From: a virus
Direction: 5' to 3' (one strand)
DNA: 64,000 bases
Virus record (IMG/VR): IMGVR_UViG_3300032805_000001
Coordinates: 1 to 64,000 of that record
A model generated the notes under the pieces. The model did no database searches, had not been told where the DNA came from, and saw nothing but the letters and a program-made list of their open reading frames with translations. Below are positions 63,795 to 64,000 of this stretch, in pieces; positions within the stretch are counted from its first letter, which is position 1; each line of letters starts with the position of its first letter. Made by a program: the position numbers and the translations under genes.

Positions 63795-63826
63795 GAAAGC
63801 CCCCCGGCCTCCTCCGGGGGGCTTTC
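63795..63826. terminator. Hairpin terminator after recombinase
   Basis: GAAAGCCCCCCGG-N6-CCGGGGGGCTTTC perfect 13-bp stem. Confidence 0.7.
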
Positions 63827-64000
63827 CTTATACCTGGAGGCAGCGTGACCGTTCCCGCCCGTGTCCCCGGTTTGCGTGGCCGTCTCCCGGTCAAGCCGCC
63901 GGGTGAAAGGTTTGCTCTCCGGTTTGTCCACGAGTACGTCGTCGAGCCGCTTCCGGCACCGTCGTACCCGGTCGACGTGACCGGCGGGATCGGCGACCAG

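Noticed and set aside
63830-64000. Gene at the right edge
   Set aside because: Frame and strand cannot be determined from the truncated sequence.

Overview
The window is the virion-morphogenesis, lysis and accessory arm of a high-GC tailed phage or prophage. Gene content, TANNNT leaderless promoters and a GH25 lysin suggest an actinobacterial host and siphovirus-like tail (inference). Gene order: terminase large subunit, HNH, unknown gene, Nop-domain gene in a guide array, portal-MuF-ParB fusion, a ~13 kb block of glycan-binding/hydrolysing proteins and a Pro/Arg-repeat protein, prohead protease/scaffold, major capsid gene, head-tail connectors, tail tube, frameshifted chaperones, tape measure, tail tip/fibres, lysis, glycosyl/methyltransferases, tyrosine recombinase. 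The strongest signal is a stem-loop TIGR-Tas-like RNA-guided system at 2911-4248: eight units of stem-CCA-N9-CG-N4/5-CCA-N9-CG-stem flank and overlap a nuclease-less Nop/IS110-like gene. Other highlights: two group I introns splitting the capsid gene (one with an antisense LAGLIDADG gene), a promoter-driven tRNA-like RNA with an enlarged anticodon arm, a probable ATC start for the portal, five homing-type endonucleases, and a possible modular fibre/glycanase display system. All family calls come from motif recognition by eye; no database searches were run.
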